From Octopus sinensis (taxonomy: Eukaryota), in contig NC_043014.1 of NCBI RefSeq assembly GCF_006345805.1, forward strand, positions 1,054,001 through 1,118,000: a stretch of 64,000 nt of DNA, written 5' to 3'. Both the position numbers and the translations under genes were made by a program. The notes under the pieces were generated by a model. That model did no database searches. It was given only the letters and a program-made list of their open reading frames with translations, and was not told where the DNA came from. Positions within the stretch are counted from its first letter, which is position 1, and each line of letters begins with the position of its first letter. This document shows positions 57,259-64,000 of this stretch, one piece after another.

Positions 57259-59848
57259 TTAAAGAGAAGATGCCTGAAGAAAATGGAAAAACCAAGGTAA
57301 AAGAAATGAAAAAAAAAAATCAGACAAATGAACATCACTTTCTCTTTACTCTCTTACTTGTTTCAGTCATTTGACAATGGCCATGCTGGAGCACCGCCTT
57401 TAGTCAAGCAAATCAACCCCAGGACTTATTCTTTGTAAGCCTAGTACTTATTCTATCGGTCTCTTTTGCCAAACTGCTAAGTGATGGGGACATAAACACA
57501 CCACCATCGGTTGTCAAGCGATGTTGAGGGTACAAACACAGACACACAAACATCATCATACATACATATATACGTCGGGCTTCTTTCAGTTTCCGTCTAC
57601 CAAATCCACTCACAAGTCTTTGGTCGGCCCGAGGCTATAGTAGAAGACACTTGCCTAAGGTGCCACGCAGTGGGACTGAACCAAGATCCATGTGGCTGGT
57701 AAGCAAGCTACTTACCACACAGCCACTCCTGCAAGAAATTCTAAAAAATTCACATAATTTCATAGTCATCACCAACATCATTTAAAGTCCATTTTCCATG
57801 CTGGCATAGGTTGGAGAGTTTGACAGAAGCTGGCAAGTCAGAGACCTGCCCCAGGCTTCTGTGTTTGCTTTGGCGTGGTTTCTACAGCTGGACGTCAACT
57901 GAGAATGGGAGGGGTATTGAGGGTGGCAGCTTTGTGCCAAGTGATGAAAGAGGAGGGGGTACATGGCTACTCAGGTTGGGAAAGGGGAAAATGGGAGAAA
58001 GAGGATGACGAAGAAGGTGTGTCGATTGTACCTTCAAGAAACCCCTGAGAAGAGAATAGAAGTGGTAGAGAGGAATGGATAGGGTGAGGAGATGGGTAAG
58101 GTCATAAAACCAACAATGTGAAAAGGAAGGGGGGAGCAATGCAGTGAGTGATGAATAGGGGTGGAGGGATGGGGGAGATTTTAGGAAGATGGGTTTCGAG
58201 GAAGAGATTTGTCAGGTATAGATTATGTAGAGGGGCAGAGCCTCAATTAAAAAGAACCAGCCCCAATACTACCCCTACAGGGAGGGTATATATAAACAAG
58301 AGGTATAAAACTGGTCTATAGAAACTCAAGCTCTGACTCATTAATTTATGGTTCCGCAAATTCTAATTAGTAAATAATCCTATAATTTCTTAGATTGATT
58401 GAAAGCAGACAACATCGCTGGCCAAAGTGGATTTGAAGGTCAGAGGTCATGTTGTTGTGGATTTGGCTTTGAGATTAGTATTTCTTAATCCTTTCGATAT
58501 CCAACCACTTGAGGCTAGCCTCACATCTGTTGGCACTTCCTGATTTAAATTAAGTGTTTTTTCCCATTAAATAGGTAACAGGCGTGGCTGTGTGGTAAGA
58601 AGCTTGCTTCCTGACCACAGGCTTTGAGGTTCAGTCCCACTGCAGGGCACCTTGGGCAAGTGTCTTCTACTACAGCCTCAGGCTGACCAAAACCTTGTGA
58701 GTAGATTTGGTTGCTGGAAACTGAAAGGAAGCCTGTCGTGTATGTGTCTGTCTGTCTGTCTCCCACCACTGCTTGACAACTAGTGTTGGTGTGTTTATGT
58801 CCTCTTGACTTAGCGGTTTGGCAAAAAAGACCAACAGAATAAGTACCAGGCTTGAAAAACAGTCCTGGGCTCGATTCATTCAACTAAAAATTCTTCAAGG
58901 TGGTGCCCCAGCATGGCCACAGTCCAATGAATGAAACAAGGAAAAGATAAAAGATATATTTTCATATGAACTAAGTTCCAAACACCAGCAACAAAGTTTT
59001 TATAATAAATTCTTTAGACGCAGGAGTGGCTGTGTGGTAAGTAGCTTGTTTATCAACCACATGGTTCCGGGTTCAATCCCACTGCATGGCACTTTGGGCA
59101 AGTGTCTTCTACTATAGCCTCGGGCCGACCAAAGACTTGTGAGTGGATTTGGTAGACAGAAACTGAAAGAAGCCCGTCGTATATATATATGTATGTATGT
59201 ATGTGTGTGTGTATATGTTTGTGTGTCTGTGTTTGTCCCCCCCAACATCGCTTGACAACCGATGGTGGTGTGTTTAGGTCCCCGTAACTTAGCGGTTCGG
59301 CAAAAGAGACTGATAGATTAAGTACAAGGCTTACAAAGAATAAGTCCTGGGGTCAATTTGCTCAACTAAAGGCGGAGCTCCAGCATGGCCACAGTCAAAT
59401 GACTGAAACAAGTAAAAGGGTTAAAAGAATATTTTCAAAAGAAAGGCAGTGGATTTGGAAATGAAAAGGGTTGAAGAAGTCAGAAAGAATTAATCAGAAG
59501 AAAAAAATTCACAAAATTAAAAGGGAAAAAGGTTGTCTTATCAAAAAGCTATAAAGTTAATGGATATAAGAAAAATAATATATAAAAATAACGTAAAAAG
59601 AAAATTAGGAACAAATTTGTTTATCATTTCAAGAATTGAAAACTTGAAAATCGATCCAAGTTGGAACTAAAACGGTGAAGACTAAAAATAACAAAATGTC
59701 TGGTTTAACAGAAATAAACTCAATTAAACATGATTCTAAGTTTAAAATTAAAATAGATGCAACATGGATTATATAAAACGAAGTCAAAATTATATTGCAA
59801 GGACTGGTAAAACTGCAAAGTTACAGTCAATAAAATATATATCTATAT

Positions 59849-59898
<50 letters not shown>

Positions 59899-62800
59899 TA
59901 CACACGCAGAGCAGGAGAGAGGTGGTGGTGAGGAGAGAGAGAAAGCAGGTGGGGAGAGGAAGGAGAGAGGGAGAGTAGGGAGAGTAGGACGTTGAGAATC
60001 CATTGAGATTATTTTCAAGGTCAATCAGGAAGAGATATAAATACATTTCCCACTGCTGCTGCGGTGGCCACCACCGCATTTGTTGGACACAAAAGCTTTA
60101 AGAAAGACTTGTATTAATCTTCTTGTATCAGAGGAGGAAGCGATACCCCCCTCCCCCCAGCTAATAAATGGACAGAAAGGATGGGAAGGAGTGGGAGGAG
60201 GAGGTGTCGGGTTCTCCCATGAAATCAGAGAAACCAGTTGGTGGAGGCTCTTCTCTTTCTTCTTCCCAGAAGGACAGACTGTCTGGTAAACTGTGGTGGC
60301 AGGAGAGAGAGGGAGAGAGAGAGGAAGAGGAAAGACAGAGACAGTGAAAGAGGCAGAGAGAGAGAGAGAGAGAGAGAGAGTCAGTGAAAGAGGTGAGAGA
60401 ATGGGATGTGAAAAGAGAGCAGTTGTGAGAGAAAGACAAAGCAACATTAAAAAAGACAAGAAATGAGAAACGTTGTTAGTTTCTTGTGTGGAACCTTTGT
60501 ATTTATTGACTCTATTCATTGCAAAATGGTTCTATTGTAAAGAGAGCAGGACTTGAGACAGCAGCAAGACAAGGAAGCCTCTATGGAGCAGCTTGCCAAG
60601 CTAGACATAGCAACCGAGAATTTCCCCTTGAAATGTTTAAGCCTTCAGCATTTAAACTGACCACATCCTCCGGCCAAAATATTCCAGCCGTTTTATGGTC
60701 AAACTAGCTTCTCACATCAATCGAACAATATCGTTCTAAATATTGACAGTTACCTCATCAAAATCTCAAAGCCATAAGACAATGCATGATTAATTCGAAA
60801 CAATGTGAATAAATAAAGATTACATTTTACAGAATTATTAAAAATAGGCGCAAGAGTGGCTGTGTGGTAAGTAGCTTGCTTACCAACCACATGGTTCCGG
60901 GTTCAGTCCCACTGTGTGGCATCTTGGGCAAGTGTCTTCTGCTATAGCCCCGGGCCGACCAATGCCTTGTGAGTGGATTTGGTAGACGGAAACTGAAAGA
61001 AGCCTGTCGTATATATGTATATATATATGTGTGTGTTTGTGTGTCTGTGTTTGTCCCCCTAGCATTGCTTGACAACTGATGCTGGTGTGTTTACGTCCCC
61101 GTCACTTAGTGGTTTGGCAAAAGAGACTGATAGAGTAAGTGCTGGGCTTACAAAGAATAAGTCCTGGGGGTCGATTTGCTCGACTAAAGGCGGTGCTCCA
61201 GCATGGCCGCAGTCAAATGACTGAAACAAGTAAAAAAGTAATAAAAAATTAAAATGGTTGGGAAATATTGGCAGGAGGTGTCACTGTGCCATTTTGGTTG
61301 ACAATATTCCAAGTTGACTTCACGCATAACAACATCAGAAAGTAAAAGTTGGAAGAGGCAAGCGGTGAGGTGTAGAAACATTAAACTTGCTTCCAATTCA
61401 AATATACTTGAGGAGGCATATTTGAACCTGTGAGAAAACCATTCTCTGTGTTTTGTGATGGAGACAAAATCCTCATTGTAGGGAAACAAACCAACTCAAA
61501 CATTGGAAATGGTCAGTTTTGCTTTTTAAGGACTGGGAAAGCTTCAACATTTGCCAACTTAAGTCTACAAAATATAATTATGGCCGCCCACTTTACACAA
61601 CAACTGCTCAACTAGTACTGAGAGTATTGTTAGACACACACACACACACACACAATATCACACACACACATGCAAGATCACACCAATTCCTGACACTGCT
61701 GTCACCCCCACACACACACCCACACACGTCCAACACAATCTTTGACCAGCAGCTGCTTTGACTGGCTTCACTGAGGTTTATTAATTAACCAAAACTAGAT
61801 GCAATAATCGCATTAATTCTATTTGGAATAAATTACTTTGAAACCATTCACAGACAATCTTCACTTGATCTGGCTCTGATGTTGTTTACTCTTTTATAAT
61901 TCTTACTTTCAAACCATTGAGATGATGGTTCAAACTCAGCTCCATTCAGAACAGAATTTATTTCCAATTTTTATTAATTTTTTTTTTTTTTTTTTACTGA
62001 AAAAACGTTTTTGAAAATACCATATTAATTAACCTAATTACTCTTAATATACCGGTTTCAAATTTTGGCTCAAAACTAGTAATTTCGGGGAAGATTCACC
62101 CCAGTATCCAACTGGTACTCATTTTATTGACCCCAAAAAGATGAAAGGCAAAGTTGACTTCAGTGGAATTTGAACTCAGAACATAAAGATGACTGAAATG
62201 CTGCTAAGCAGCCTTAATTACTCTAGATATATTAATTTTCTAATTAGTAAATATTTCTAATATCCATCATAGTGTTTGTGGGTATACAATGGTCTTGGGT
62301 ATTTTTTGTTGTGTTTATTGGTCAGAAGTGGAAAAGAATTTCAGAAAATGATAAAAAAAAACCTATCTGTTTGTCCTGAGAAACACATACCCTGATGTTA
62401 AATGTTAGTTACCTGGCTGCAAAATCCGTACCCCTATGTTGGATGACAGAATGGAAAAGATGTACCCTTATGTCAAATATCAGCTAAACTGGATAAAGAC
62501 TGACATATGTACCCAGGACATACATACATACAATCATAACAACAACAGACACAGATACATCTACCATATGCATACACACATATACATACATACATATGTA
62601 TATACATTCACATAAACATACATGGATATACATTGGCATGTCTGCCTAGCCAGCCAGGTGGCATCATTTAGAAGCTGTAACAATGCAAAGGAAATGCACT
62701 GTGGTCAGCAATGTGTAACAACATTTGATAGTCTGCTTGGTAAAGTGAGACACGTGTCACACACACACACACACAATATGGCAGGTTTTATCCCTTTTCT

Positions 62801-63316
62801 ATCGACTGATTTTACTGAGAAGATATTGGTCAACTCATGGCCATTGCAGAGGACAGCAAGCAAAAGTGTCCGCACAGTGAGGGACAAACCCCAGACCATT
62901 TGGAGGGGAAAAGAAACCTCTTAACCACAGCCATGGAATCACATGGTAAATTAACCCACCAGAATATAATGGGGAGTTAATATTACAGTCTGAGATTAAC
63001 AGAATATTTATTATTATATTGCAGCAAAAATGTTGAGAGAAATGTCATGTGATATGTTGTCCTGACCCCCACCTCCTCCACCATCCTATGTGATATTCCT
63101 TCTGCTACCACCACCACCACCACCACCACATATGTTGTGATACCCCCACCTCTATCACCACCACATCGGTGGAGGCAAGATTGTCAAAGAGAGAACCAGA
63201 TGTAATTTTGACCTCATAAATATTGAATGTCATGAGGTGCATTTACCAAAGAATAAAGAATCAAGATTCTGGCATCATCTGGGCCATTCCTTAAATAACT
63301 CTCTCTAATACAATAC

Positions 63317-63350
<34 letters not shown>

Positions 63351-63609
63351 TGATTATGTAATATCACATAATAGTATATAGTAGTAAGTCAATATACATG
63401 ATACTATTAATAATATTAATGTAGGTTATGTATTACTTACCCAGCCAGCCATTGTTGATCTGTTGAGGCAAGTGAAATCGAAATCAAATTCGATGACTGG
63501 CATCTATCCTAGCGGAGCACTAAGAGCACCATCCGACTGTGATGGTGCCAGAGCAGCTAAATGGCTTCTATGCCGGTGGCACGTAAAAAGCACCATTCGA
63601 GCGTGATCG

Positions 63610-64000
63610 TTCTGTGGTCGCACAAATTCTCTGACGGCCATGACTGGGTTCTCCAATTTGTCTGGCATGGTGCAGAGTCCTGTTGCCAGACATAGGGTCT
63701 TCCAGCAGCCACCCTCTTGATCCAGGCAGCACTACCTCCTCCAGGCACTTGATGTAGGCCTCTGTGTTGAATCTTAGGCTGTGTGGGAATATGAATGGAG
63801 GCATAACGTCGCCATCACTAGTGATCACTTCAAACACCATGATGTTGACTGGATGTTTGATTTTTATCACTCTCATTACATGTTTTGGGGACATGGAAAA
63901 CCAACGGTTGCTCTGTGTATTCACCATCTGATCCTAGCAGAAAATTTTCTCATCTGAGAAAAACCAAAGCATGTTTGGTTGGAGGGTTTGCTTGAGTTGT
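63610..64000 (-). mobile_element. Tc1/mariner (maT/DD37D-like) transposase fragment
   Basis: FSDEKIFC*DQMVNTQSNRW...KHPVNIMVF...MPPFIFP...RPYVWQQDSAP; contains a stop and a frameshift and runs off the window end. Confidence 0.85.

Noticed and set aside
60480-60830. Possible upstream non-coding exon of the nuclear receptor (minus-strand donor-like AG|gtaac at about 60752)
   Set aside because: Cannot be distinguished from chance without transcript data

Overview
Eukaryotic, intron-rich and repeat-rich genomic DNA, most likely from a coleoid cephalopod such as Octopus (inferred from the SINE families and the microsatellite load). Three spliced genes were assembled by hand from GT-AG junctions, with reading-frame phase checked at every junction. 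(1) Mitochondrial leucyl-tRNA synthetase LARS2 (+): 21 coding exons from 213 to 21072, 777 aa; the N-terminus lies upstream of the window. (2) DPM3 (+): 96 aa in 5 exons from 24842 to 33659, with an ATG-only first coding exon and a 30-nt microexon; it is essentially invisible in the ORF track. (3) A complete 460-aa orphan nuclear receptor (-): 6 coding exons from 57258 to 42292, best matching the NR7/NR8 subfamily. Introns and intergenic DNA carry tRNA-derived SINEs, two CR1-type LINE families, decayed RTE-type and REL-type LINE fragments, pogo, mariner, hAT and piggyBac-like DNA elements, a non-autonomous Helitron and Penelope-like terminal repeats. The strongest leads are a roughly 3.2-kb CR1 LINE whose endonuclease+RT ORF2 is broken by only one missing A in a homopolymer, two different minimal type-I hammerhead-ribozyme folds, a perfect 37-bp-stem hairpin, and a tandem array of decoy 3' splice sites in LARS2. 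No database searches were run; family names rest on recalled motifs.
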